From Fibrobacterota bacterium (GTDB taxonomy: Bacteria; Fibrobacterota; Fibrobacteria; UBA11236), in assembly GCA_019509785.1 (NCBI GenBank), contig JAEKLQ010000032.1, forward strand, positions 11,229 through 75,228: a stretch of DNA of 64,000 bases. Direction: 5' to 3'. The notes beneath the pieces are model-generated. The model searched no databases, was not told the origin of the DNA, and worked only from the letters and a program-made list of their open reading frames with translations. Positions 47,719 through 56,632 of the stretch are shown here, one piece after another (positions within the stretch are counted from its first letter, which is position 1; every line of letters starts with the position of its first letter). The translations under genes were made by a program, and so were the position numbers.

Positions 47719-47872
47719 TCGGTTTATAGACATTCGAGAAGGCGCTCCTTCGAGATTTGACCGAACGGTTTGCCTACGAGAAGGCGCGCCTTCGAGATTT
47801 GATCGGTTTATAGACCTTCGAGAAGGCGCTCCTTCGTGATTTGACGGAAGCGCTTTCCATCGGGAAACCGTT
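47705..47872 (+). repeat. 42-bp tandem repeat x4 (constant CCTTCGAGATTTGA and T[TA]CGAGAAGGCGC blocks with alternating 14-nt variable cores)
   Basis: The CCTTCG[AT]GATTTGA copies lie at 47705, 47747, 47789 and 47831, an exact 42-bp period. The first unit overlaps the HDOD stop. Each unit holds a small GAAGG-CGCT-CCTTC hairpin. Confidence 0.6.
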
Positions 47873-47941
47873 TCCCGACCCCGCAGCTTAAGTACCTTTG
47901 GCCAAGCCCGTCCTACCACGGCGGCTTCCAGGGGTTCGGAT

Positions 47942-49117
47942 TTGATTCTTCTATTCGACATGCAGACCGGCGCTTCCGGGGACATGATCCTGGGCGCCCT
48001 TTTCGATCTCGGTCTCGACTTCGGGGAATGGAAACGCGGAATCGATTCTTTGCGGCTCCCCGAAATGAACATGCGCGTCGAACGCGTCGTGAAGCAGGGG
48101 CTGACCGCCGCCCATTTCCGCATCGATGCCCCCCATGAGCATGCCCATCGCGGGCTTACGGAAATCCGGGCCATCTTGGAAAGAGGCGCCTTGCCGCCGC
48201 GGTCGCTGGAACGGGCCTTGGCGGTCTTCACGCGTTTGGCGGAAGCGGAAGCGCGCATCCATGGGGTGCCGGTGGATCAAGTGCATTTCCACGAGGTGGG
48301 CGCCTTGGACGCCATCGTGGACATCGCCGGGGCCTGCCTGGGCTTCGAGATGCTGGGCATCTCCGGATTCTTCACCACCCCTTTCACCTTCGGGTCGGGC
48401 ACGGTCAGATCCGCCCATGGCGAGTTGGCCGTACCCGTCCCTGCTACCTTGGCCCTCACCGAGGGCTTTCCTTCGCGCCGCACGGGACTGCCAGGGGAAC
48501 TGGTCACTCCCACGGGCGCGGCCCTGATCGCGGCGCTTTCCGATCCGCTTCCCGACGGTTTCACCGCTTCCCTGGTGCGCGCGGGATACGGCGCGGGTAC
48601 GCGCGATTTGCCCGGCATCGCCAACGTCCTGCGCATATGCCTGATGCGGGAGGCGGCCGCCGATGTTTCGGGTTATGCGGTGTTCCAGGTAGAATGTAAT
48701 TTGGACAACATGGCCCCCGAGCTCATCGGATATACGGCTGGGCGGCTGCGGACGGCCGGTTGCAAGGACGTCTGGCAAGAGCCCATCCACATGAAGAAGG
48801 ATCGCAGCGCGGTTAAGCTCTGCGCCCTTGCGGATCGCGCGGCGCTCGACGCGGCGCTGACCATCATCGCCGCCGAGACCGCCACCGGCGGGGTGCGCTG
48901 GTTCCCAGTACAACGGTTGGTAGCGGAAAAGACCATGGGCATCGTCTCGACTTCCTATGGCGAGGTGGAAGTGAAGCGGATCTCCTTTCCCGGGCGCGCG
49001 GCCTCCCGATGGTCGCCGGAATACGAGAGCTGCCGCAAACTCGCCGAAGCCAAAGGCGCTCCCTTGCAGGACGTTTACCGCGAGGCCCTCGCGCGGGCCA
49101 TGGGAAAGGACCGATGA
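47942..49117 (+). CDS. LarC-like (DUF111) nickel-insertion/pincer-cofactor protein family
   Basis: LLFDMQTGASGDMILGALFDLG is the LarC N-terminal signature. The start is TTG at 47942, with an alternative ATG at 47960. Confidence 0.7.
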   Translation: MILLFDMQTGASGDMILGALFDLGLDFGEWKRGIDSLRLPEMNMRVERVVKQGLTAAHFRIDAPHEHAHRGLTEIRAILERGALPPRSLERALAVFTRLAEAEARIHGVPVDQVHFHEVGALDAIVDIAGACLGFEMLGISGFFTTPFTFGSGTVRSAHGELAVPVPATLALTEGFPSRRTGLPGELVTPTGAALIAALSDPLPDGFTASLVRAGYGAGTRDLPGIANVLRICLMREAAADVSGYAVFQVECNLDNMAPELIGYTAGRLRTAGCKDVWQEPIHMKKDRSAVKLCALADRAALDAALTIIAAETATGGVRWFPVQRLVAEKTMGIVSTSYGEVEVKRISFPGRAASRWSPEYESCRKLAEAKGAPLQDVYREALARAMGKDR

Positions 49118-50031
49118 TCCAACTTCCCGGCATGCACCTGGAGCAACGTAAGGGCGATCCACGCAAGCTGAAAGGCAAGCTGATCGCCTACGTCCGCGTG
49201 GAAACCGACGAGGGCGAATCGACCTCGGGCCCGGGCGATGAGGGCAACGCGAACGCCTTGGCCGCCATGGTGCGGAACGGCATCCTGGCCGTGCAGGCCA
49301 ACTTCGTGGACCAGCGCAACATCCGCGACTTCTTCCGGGAAGAGTTCGGGATTTCCCTGGAGAAGGGGATCCAGGAAGTGATCGATCAAGCCAAAGAAAC
49401 CGGCGGCCTGGAAGGCGCCTTGGATCCGGAGGCCGTGAAAGAGCGTTTGGACTCGATGAAGAACGCCGATTTCATCCCCATCCCGGCCAAGATCGCATTC
49501 TTCAGCAGCGAAGCGGAGATGCTCTCCGGCGACGCGGACGTCTACTATCTCGGTTCCTTCACCGTGCTCAGCCATGCCCACCTGTGCGTGAACTCCTTCC
49601 CGATCATCTACCAAGCCTATTTCCGGGAGCAGGAACATCGCGCCATGGAACGGGAGATCGCGGCCTTGCTCGGCAACATCGAGGATCCGCGCAGGGGGGA
49701 GGGCGAGAGCGCCGGGGAAACCCCGCGGCTACAGACCTATCGGGGCGATATCAAGGCCTACCTGCTCAAGGACATCATCCCCAATATGATCTATAGCCTG
49801 AGCGATCCGGCCGAATACCAGAAGGCCTTGTCCCACTTCAAGGAATTCATGGGCGATTTCGGTTATCCGGAAGACATGCAGGCCATCATCAACCTGGTCG
49901 AATCGACGCCCCAGCACGATGCCAAGGGCCTCCGGAAGTTGGAGTTGTTGGTCGCCAAGGTGGAAGCGTTGCAGAACGAGGATTACGAGAAGTTGGACGG
50001 AATCCGTAACGAATTGGGCAAGCTCGGCTAG
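49114..50031 (+). CDS. acidic hypothetical protein co-transcribed with the LarC-like gene
   Basis: The start overlaps the larC-like stop (ATGA). Codon bias is coherent. No family was recognised. Confidence 0.5.
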   Translation: MIQLPGMHLEQRKGDPRKLKGKLIAYVRVETDEGESTSGPGDEGNANALAAMVRNGILAVQANFVDQRNIRDFFREEFGISLEKGIQEVIDQAKETGGLEGALDPEAVKERLDSMKNADFIPIPAKIAFFSSEAEMLSGDADVYYLGSFTVLSHAHLCVNSFPIIYQAYFREQEHRAMEREIAALLGNIEDPRRGEGESAGETPRLQTYRGDIKAYLLKDIIPNMIYSLSDPAEYQKALSHFKEFMGDFGYPEDMQAIINLVESTPQHDAKGLRKLELLVAKVEALQNEDYEKLDGIRNELGKLG

Positions 50032-50065
50032 CCGCTCGGCTCAGCAGGGATTTTTTTTCGTCCCT

Positions 50066-50842
50066 TCACGGGTCCAGGCCGTCTTCCCTTCCCAGTGCGG
50101 AGGCGCCGGCATAACGCTCGATCCGGCAGGCCCCGTTCTCCATGACGGCGTAGCGCATCCCGTAAAGCCACTCCCCGCTGTTCACGTAGATGCCTTCCGG
50201 AACGTCCTTTACGAAAGCCGCATGCGTATGCCCGTGCATTACGATATCGCAATCGCCGCGGGCGAGCAGGGCCCGGCCGGCGGCCTCGTATTCGTCCAGC
50301 TTACGCGGGCGGTTCCCGTGCCGGTCGCGGGAAAGCCCGCTGATGGCGTTCGCCAAACCCATGCCCCAGTCGGGATGCAATAGGCGGAACAGGAGGTTGG
50401 AAAGGGGATTCCGGAACACCTTCTTCATGATCCGATAGCGGCCATCGCTGGCCGCCAGCCCGTCCCCATGGAGCAGTAGAAGCCTTTTGCCTTGCAGTTC
50501 CACCCGGAGCTCGTCGGCATGCACCTGAAGGCCCAACTGATCTCGGAAGAAGTCGCCCAGGTTGAAGTCGTGGTTGCCCGCCAGGTAGTGGACCTCGACG
50601 CCGGAACGGGACAGGGCTTCCAGCGCCGCCAGCACCCGGAAGTGGCTTTTAGGCACGTAGCTCCGGTACTCCATCCAGAATTCGAACAAATCGCCCAGGA
50701 TGAAAAGATGGGATGCCCGCGGCGCGTCTTCGCGGAGGAACCGTAACAGCCAGGTTTCCCTCTCCGCCGGCATCCCGCGGTAGCGCGCTCCCAGGTGAAG
50801 GTCGGATATGAAGTAGGCGGGCCGGGCTTGGTTCATGCTCAC
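50066..50842 (-). CDS. lpxH: UDP-2,3-diacylglucosamine hydrolase-like metallophosphoesterase
   Basis: YFISDLHLG and ILGDLFEFW match LpxH. The metallophosphatase motifs are GNHD and GHTH. Confidence 0.6.
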   Translation of the reverse strand: MSMNQARPAYFISDLHLGARYRGMPAERETWLLRFLREDAPRASHLFILGDLFEFWMEYRSYVPKSHFRVLAALEALSRSGVEVHYLAGNHDFNLGDFFRDQLGLQVHADELRVELQGKRLLLLHGDGLAASDGRYRIMKKVFRNPLSNLLFRLLHPDWGMGLANAISGLSRDRHGNRPRKLDEYEAAGRALLARGDCDIVMHGHTHAAFVKDVPEGIYVNSGEWLYGMRYAVMENGACRIERYAGASALGREDGLDP

Positions 50843-50879
50843 GGTATTTTAGCTAAATTGGATAACCAAGAGGATCCCG

Positions 50880-51203
50880 ATGCGCCTGCAAGCGACCCCC
50901 CATAAGCTTCACCTGTTCTTCTGCACCAATACGCGCGAAAACGGGGATAAGTCCTGCGGGGATACCCCGGCTACGCGTGTCCTCGCCGACCTGCTCAAGG
51001 CGCGGTTCAAGGAGGCCAAGCTCCCCATCCGCATCACCCGCACGTCCTGCCTCGGCCCCTGCGCCCAAGGCCCCAACATCATGTGCTATCCCCAAGAGGT
51101 ATGGTTCCAGGACGTCCGGGAGGAAGATGTCGATGAAATCGAGGCCCAAGTGAAGCGCATCCTCGCCTCCGCGACCGCCGGAAAGTCCGGAACCGCCGGA
51201 TAG
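50880..51203 (+). CDS. thioredoxin-like [2Fe-2S] ferredoxin domain protein
   Basis: The Cys pattern is CTNTRENGDKSCG...TSCLGPCAQGPNIMCYP. Confidence 0.6.
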   Translation: MRLQATPHKLHLFFCTNTRENGDKSCGDTPATRVLADLLKARFKEAKLPIRITRTSCLGPCAQGPNIMCYPQEVWFQDVREEDVDEIEAQVKRILASATAGKSGTAG

Positions 51204-51289
51204 CCCGGTCATCCCGGCCCTAGCCCCGAACGCCTGACGGGAAACCGGCGGCCAAAGGTCCACGACCCCGGGCCGGCACGGCGGATGGA

Positions 51290-53014
51290 TCAATCCTGAT
51301 GGTAAATCATGCTGTCCTTGGTTTCCTTCACGAAGAGCATGCCGACTACGAAGGTTGCCAAGGCGATCACGACGGGATACCAGAGGCCGCTGAAAATATT
51401 GCCGCGGGCGGCGACGATGGAAAACGCGATGGCCGGCAGGAAACCGCCGAACCAGCCATTGCCGATATGGTAGGGCAGGCTCATCGACGTGTAGCGGATG
51501 CGGGTGGGGAACATTTCGACGAGCATGGCGGCAATCGGACCATAAACCATGGTCACGTAAATCACCAGGATGGTCAGTAGGCCCACCAGGGCGAACCATT
51601 GGCCGGAGAAGGCGTTGATGGGGTCGGCCTTGGAGGGGTAACCGGCTTTATCCAAGGCGGCCCTCAGCTCGGTCTCGAACCGGACCTTTTCCGTTTTGGC
51701 CGTAGGCGCCGCGCCGTCATAGCCGACAATGGAGGCGTCGCCCACGGTGACGGTGGCAATCGATCCGGCGGGACCTTCGACCTTGTCGTAATTGACGCCC
51801 TGGTTCGCCAGGAAAGAGCGGGAGACATCGCAAGGCGTCGTGAACTTGGCCGTACCCGTCAGGTTGAGAACCAGGTTGCAAGTGGAAGGATCCGAGACGA
51901 CCTTGACGGGCGATGCGGCAATGGCGGCTTTGAGTTTCGGATTGGCGACGGCGGTGATGGCTTTGAAAATCGGGAAATATGTGAGGGCGGCGATCAGGCA
52001 TCCCGCCATGATAATGGGCTTGCGGCCGATGCGATCCGAAAGCCCGCCGAAGATGACGAAGAACGGGGTTCCCAGTATGAGCGAAGCCGCGATGAGGATG
52101 TTGGCGGTGGGCGCCGCGACCTTCAGGAAAGTCTGCAGGAAATAAAGCGCATAAAATTGGCCGGTATACCAGACCACGGCCTGGCCCGCCGTGAGCCCGA
52201 AGAGCGCCAGCAGTACGATGCGCAGATTCGGCCCATGCAGGAATGATTCCTTGAGCGGGGCTTTGGAGGTTTTCCCTTCGGCTTTGATTTTCAGGAAAGC
52301 GGGCGACTCGCTGAGTTTAACGCGGATCCACACCGAGATGACCAGCAGGATGCCCGAGAAGGCGAAGGGAATGCGCCATCCGCCCCAAGCGGCGCCGAAA
52401 GCCTTTTCGCCTTCGGGTGAGAATGTCCCGCCGCCGGAATAGTAACGCGTCGCCAGGATAACCATGAGGGCCAACATCAACCCCACCGTGGCCGTGGTTT
52501 GGATCCAGCTCGTGTACAATCCGCGGCGCCCATGCGGAGCATGCTCGGCGACATAAGTCGCGGCGCCGCCGTATTCGCCGCCCAGGGCGAGCCCCTGCAA
52601 GAGGCGGAGCGCGATGAGGCAGCAGGGGGCGAAGATCCCCCAAGCGCTATAGCTCGGCAAAAAGGTAAGCAGAAAGGTGGAGAAACCCATGATGAGGATG
52701 GTCGCCAGGAAGGTGTACTTGCGGCCGATCATATCCCCCAAGCGGCCGAAAACGATCGCGCCGAACGGGCGCACGGCGAAACCGGCGGCGAAGGTCAGCA
52801 AGGTGAAAATGTTGCGCGTGGCGGGATCGAGAGGCGCGAAGAACTGGGCGCCGATGATGGTCGTCAAGACCCCGAAAAGGTAGAAGTCGTACCACTCGAA
52901 AATCGTTCCCAGGGAAGACGCGAAAATGACTTTTCTCTCTTCTGCCGAAATGGGGCGCGTTTTGCCTGCTTTCTCTCCGGTCGAAACGGGATTGATCGTA
53001 TCAGCTGTCGCCAT
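51290..53014 (-). CDS. MFS transporter (ProP/metabolite:H+ symporter-like) with a large extracytoplasmic insertion
   Basis: The MFS motifs GRLGDMIGRK and GxxxDRxGRK (LSDRIGRKP) are present, with 12 or more hydrophobic helices. The start was trimmed to MATADT at 53014. Confidence 0.75.
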   Translation of the reverse strand: MATADTINPVSTGEKAGKTRPISAEERKVIFASSLGTIFEWYDFYLFGVLTTIIGAQFFAPLDPATRNIFTLLTFAAGFAVRPFGAIVFGRLGDMIGRKYTFLATILIMGFSTFLLTFLPSYSAWGIFAPCCLIALRLLQGLALGGEYGGAATYVAEHAPHGRRGLYTSWIQTTATVGLMLALMVILATRYYSGGGTFSPEGEKAFGAAWGGWRIPFAFSGILLVISVWIRVKLSESPAFLKIKAEGKTSKAPLKESFLHGPNLRIVLLALFGLTAGQAVVWYTGQFYALYFLQTFLKVAAPTANILIAASLILGTPFFVIFGGLSDRIGRKPIIMAGCLIAALTYFPIFKAITAVANPKLKAAIAASPVKVVSDPSTCNLVLNLTGTAKFTTPCDVSRSFLANQGVNYDKVEGPAGSIATVTVGDASIVGYDGAAPTAKTEKVRFETELRAALDKAGYPSKADPINAFSGQWFALVGLLTILVIYVTMVYGPIAAMLVEMFPTRIRYTSMSLPYHIGNGWFGGFLPAIAFSIVAARGNIFSGLWYPVVIALATFVVGMLFVKETKDSMIYHQD

Positions 53015-53235
53015 GGTTTGCCTTTCGGATGAGAAGTGGTGAATATGTACATCCAAACCCCGTTCCGCAACATATAGAGGTGCGGGCAATTTCGAGAAGT
53101 TAAAACACGCTTGTGAAGAAAAGCATTCTCGCGTCCGGAAATGCCGGATAGGTCCGGAACCGCGGATTATCGGACTGATCTTTCTTTCTCTCCAGATTCA
53201 TCGGTAGCTTCTTACCCGGTTTTCCTTCCTAGGGC

Positions 53236-53267
53236 GAAAATCTTGCGGTGAGAAAATCTTGTGGTGA
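53236..53267 (+). promoter_or_regulatory. tandem 16-bp direct repeat GAAAATCTTG[CT]GGTGA x2 upstream of the porin gene
   Basis: The repeats are adjacent, at 53236-53251 and 53252-53267, about 110 nt before the porin ATG. The hairpin CCGGCGTAAACGCCGG follows at about 53306-53323. Confidence 0.3.
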
Positions 53268-53377
53268 ATGGCAATGATTGGAATTATTCTTTTGCCGCTT
53301 TACCGGGCCGGCGTAAACGCCGGACGGATTTCTTAAAAGCTTCATTCCCACCAACAAGGCTCAGCCAAAGGACGGTT

Positions 53378-54580
53378 ATGAAATCGAATTCGCTTCACGC
53401 CCTCGTTTTACTATTCGCGGTGGGCGGGGCCGTTCCGGCCGCGCATGCCCAGACGGCGGCCCCGGCCGCCGCGGAAGCCGGGCCCAATGTCGGCGTTACG
53501 CCCAAGGGCGGCGGTCTCTTCATCAAGAGCGATGACGGCCGCGCCGTCGTCCGCCTGATGGGCTACGCCCAACCGACCTTCATCGCCACCGCCGAATCCA
53601 ACAAGCAGGCCTATAAGATCCCGTCTTTCTTCGTGCGCCGCGCGCGGGCGGACTTCAAGGCCGAGTACGATAGCCTATACACCCTGTTCTTCGAATACGA
53701 CGGGGGGCCGGCCGCCGGCACTTCCCTCGTGGAAGGCTATGCGCAAGCCGCCCTCGTTAAGGACTACTTGAACTTCCGCATGGGTAAATACATCCAGCCT
53801 TTCAGCGCGGAGAATCTGCGTTCATCGCGGGCGTTGGAGACGGTGGAGCGCTTCCAGGCCTTGAACGCTTTAATCGGATTGCCCGCTTTCGACGCCAAGA
53901 TCGGGGCCATGTTCTTCGGGACCTTGGATCCGGCGAAGCAGGTCAAATACTTCCTCGGCGTGAACAACGGGGGGACGGGCACGGCCGGAACCGGCGGCGA
54001 CGTACGCGACAACAATTGGCAGAAGGATTGCATCGCCCGTTTCGAATATTCTTCCGGCAAGACCCTTCGCGTCGGCGTGGCGGGGGACTATGATAAGGAG
54101 AAGGGCCAAACGCTCAGCGTGAAGAGTTATTCCGGCGCCGTCTTCGATAGCCTGCACGTGTATGGCACCCGCATCGGCGTGGACGTGGACCTCCACTCCC
54201 AGCTCAACAACCTGGGATTGGAAGCCGAATGGCTTTGGGCCGATTTCTCGGACACCGGCGCGAGCATGAATGGCGGTTATGTCCAAGCGGGATATTGGGT
54301 GAAGGGAAGCGAGGCTGAAGGCGGTATGGAACCCTTGCTGCGGCTGGAATACACGCATGTGTCAGCCGATCATCCTATCGGACCAGTATCCGGTGACGTC
54401 GATGGCGCTACCTTGATGGCGGCCACCTTGGGCGTCAATTGGTGGATGAACGGATGGACGCGTTGGCAGTTCAACTTGATCGAGGAAACGACATCGAAGA
54501 AGGGGAATGGCACCTACGCCGCCGCCGACGATGGCCGCTTCCTTCCGACCCTGTTCGCCCAGTTCCAGATCAAGTTCTAA
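53378..54580 (+). CDS. outer-membrane porin (phosphate-selective OprO/P-like)
   Basis: The signal peptide is MKSNSLHALVLLFAVGGAVPAAHAQ. The beta-barrel pattern ends in ...FAQFQIKF. Confidence 0.55.
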   Translation: MKSNSLHALVLLFAVGGAVPAAHAQTAAPAAAEAGPNVGVTPKGGGLFIKSDDGRAVVRLMGYAQPTFIATAESNKQAYKIPSFFVRRARADFKAEYDSLYTLFFEYDGGPAAGTSLVEGYAQAALVKDYLNFRMGKYIQPFSAENLRSSRALETVERFQALNALIGLPAFDAKIGAMFFGTLDPAKQVKYFLGVNNGGTGTAGTGGDVRDNNWQKDCIARFEYSSGKTLRVGVAGDYDKEKGQTLSVKSYSGAVFDSLHVYGTRIGVDVDLHSQLNNLGLEAEWLWADFSDTGASMNGGYVQAGYWVKGSEAEGGMEPLLRLEYTHVSADHPIGPVSGDVDGATLMAATLGVNWWMNGWTRWQFNLIEETTSKKGNGTYAAADDGRFLPTLFAQFQIKF

Positions 54581-54622
54581 GACCGGGGCAATCCCCTTCC
54601 GCCGCGCGAGCTTGGCCGCCAG

Positions 54623-55642
54623 TCAGGCCCGCGCGGTTTCCGCTTCCGCCATCAACTCGCTGCAGGCCGGCGTGGCGCACCACGCCCGCGCCTCCAGGGC
54701 CTTGAACTTGGCCGCGAATTCGGCGCCCACGTCCCAATCCCAGGCCTCCATGGCGGGTTTGCCGTCTGTCGCGATGCGCAGGCAAAAGGCATGCAGCAGA
54801 TGGCGCCGGGCTCCCAGGGCCGCGTAATCGGCCTCGTCCAGTTCCGCGTCCAGCCGTTTCATATATGCGCGGCCGCCGTCGGCGTAAATCTTGTCTCCCA
54901 CGATGGGACAGCCGAGATGGGCGAGATGCGCCCGCAACTGATGCTTGCGGCCCGTGATGGGTGCGAGGGCCACCAAGCCCATGCCGTCCCGCTCTGCGAT
55001 TACGCGGTACAAGGTCAGGGACGGCCTCCCGCCGGCTTGCACGTGCATTTGGCTGCGGATGGGGGAGACCGGCCCCTCTCCGTCGCGGCTCTCCCCCAAG
55101 GGAGCGTCGATGGCCCCGGAAAGGGATGGCGGTAGCCCGCGGGTTACTGCGACGTAGAGCTTGAGCCAGCGGGCACCGGGAGCGGAAGGGGCATGGGTAC
55201 GGGCCGCCTCCGCGCCGCGGGCGAAAGCCATAAGCCCGCTGGTCTCGCGGTCCAGCCGGTTCAACGGGGCCCAGGCATCGTCCCCGAGTTCCTCCCGGAC
55301 CAGGTTGGCCAGGGTCTGGAAAAAAATCTTCCCGGTCCGGTGTACCGGCATGCCCGCGGGTTTATGCACGAAAGCCAGTTCCGGGCCGCGCTCCAGCACG
55401 CGGAAATCCAACGGCACCTCGGGTTCCTCGTAATCCACGACGTCGAAGCGAAGGCGCATGCCCTCGCGCAAACGCTCGTCCCCGCGGGCGGGAGCGCCCT
55501 CGAGTTCGAAGCGGCCCAGGGCCAGGAGCCGATCCCATTCCCCGGGCCCATGGTAGGTGAAGCGACGCGACAGGTATTCGGCCAGATTGGCGCCGCCCGG
55601 ATTGCGGATGATGGAGGTGAACGAAGAGTTGATGAGGGGCAT
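54623..55642 (-). CDS. RluA-family pseudouridine synthase
   Basis: HRLDRETSGLMAFA holds the catalytic Asp motif. Confidence 0.8.
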   Translation of the reverse strand: MPLINSSFTSIIRNPGGANLAEYLSRRFTYHGPGEWDRLLALGRFELEGAPARGDERLREGMRLRFDVVDYEEPEVPLDFRVLERGPELAFVHKPAGMPVHRTGKIFFQTLANLVREELGDDAWAPLNRLDRETSGLMAFARGAEAARTHAPSAPGARWLKLYVAVTRGLPPSLSGAIDAPLGESRDGEGPVSPIRSQMHVQAGGRPSLTLYRVIAERDGMGLVALAPITGRKHQLRAHLAHLGCPIVGDKIYADGGRAYMKRLDAELDEADYAALGARRHLLHAFCLRIATDGKPAMEAWDWDVGAEFAAKFKALEARAWCATPACSELMAEAETARA

Positions 55643-55742
55643 GGATCGATTTCGCCGTTGCCGGCCTAGGCCAAAGGCTCAGCCGGGAACGAAAAAGGGG
55701 CGGCCGATGGCCGCCCCCTGGTTCCGCGCCGGAACGGGATGA

Positions 55743-56330
55743 TCACTTGGCCGAAGCGAATTGGGCCGCTTCGGTCTTGATCTGATTGGGAGTCTGGTCC
55801 GCATCGAAGGACTTGTAGCGGATGTATTCGCCTTTCTCGTTGATCACGATCAGCAGCGGGATGGAGCCCGTACCGTAGTTCTCGCCGATGGAGCGGTCTT
55901 CATCATAGAACACCGGCATGTGCACGCTGTAGTCGCGGATGAATCCGCGGATATCGTCCTCGGTGTTGTACTTGATGGCGATGGCGATGGAGGTGAAGCC
56001 CTGGGCGTTCAGATCATCGGCCAGCTTTTGCACGTAGGGAATGGCGTGCTGGCAATGCGGGCATTTCGCGGAGAAGTAGAAGATAAGGAGCTTACGGTTC
56101 GCGAAATGGGAGAACTTGAGGTTGGCGTCCGAGATCGGCTTGGGGGTCAGCGCGAAATTGATATGGGCGCGCTTGCCCTTCTTGTCGAGCTCGAAGGTTG
56201 GCGGCGCCTCGGGAGCTTCCGGTCCCTGAACCGGACCGCGCAAGGGTTGGGCGCCCGCCAGATCGAAGGCAAGGCAGGTCAGGATGGTAGCCGTCAGGAA
56301 AACCTTGATTTGCCGCATAGGAACGCTCAT
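55743..56330 (-). CDS. secreted thioredoxin-fold protein (TlpA-like, CxxC)
   Basis: There is a signal peptide, and CPHCQHAI is the active site. Confidence 0.7.
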   Translation of the reverse strand: MSVPMRQIKVFLTATILTCLAFDLAGAQPLRGPVQGPEAPEAPPTFELDKKGKRAHINFALTPKPISDANLKFSHFANRKLLIFYFSAKCPHCQHAIPYVQKLADDLNAQGFTSIAIAIKYNTEDDIRGFIRDYSVHMPVFYDEDRSIGENYGTGSIPLLIVINEKGEYIRYKSFDADQTPNQIKTEAAQFASAK

Positions 56331-56632
56331 CTCCTCGGATATTACCGTGTCTTTTGGACCCTAGAAAGATACCAGTCCAAGCGAACCAGGACAAGCCGGG
56401 AACATCGAACCGGATAGGATATCGCCATATCCCGTAATCCGTCCCTGGCCCCAAAAGCCGTGGAACTAGGCGCGGGATTTTTTCTAAGACATGGTGGGAT
56501 ATGGGATTGCGATTGTAGCGGGGTGGGGGTTATTGTATACTTATACGGTGACCAATTCCGCGATTCGCGCGTCCCGGGCCGGGACCCAGGCCTTGGGGAA
56601 AGCGTCCGTTTTCCATACGACGCGGGCTTGAA

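Noticed and set aside
47705-47872. 42-bp tandem repeats considered as a CRISPR array
   Set aside because: There are only four units. The variable cores are 14 nt and alternate between two sequences. There are no cas genes, and the repeat overlaps a coding stop.
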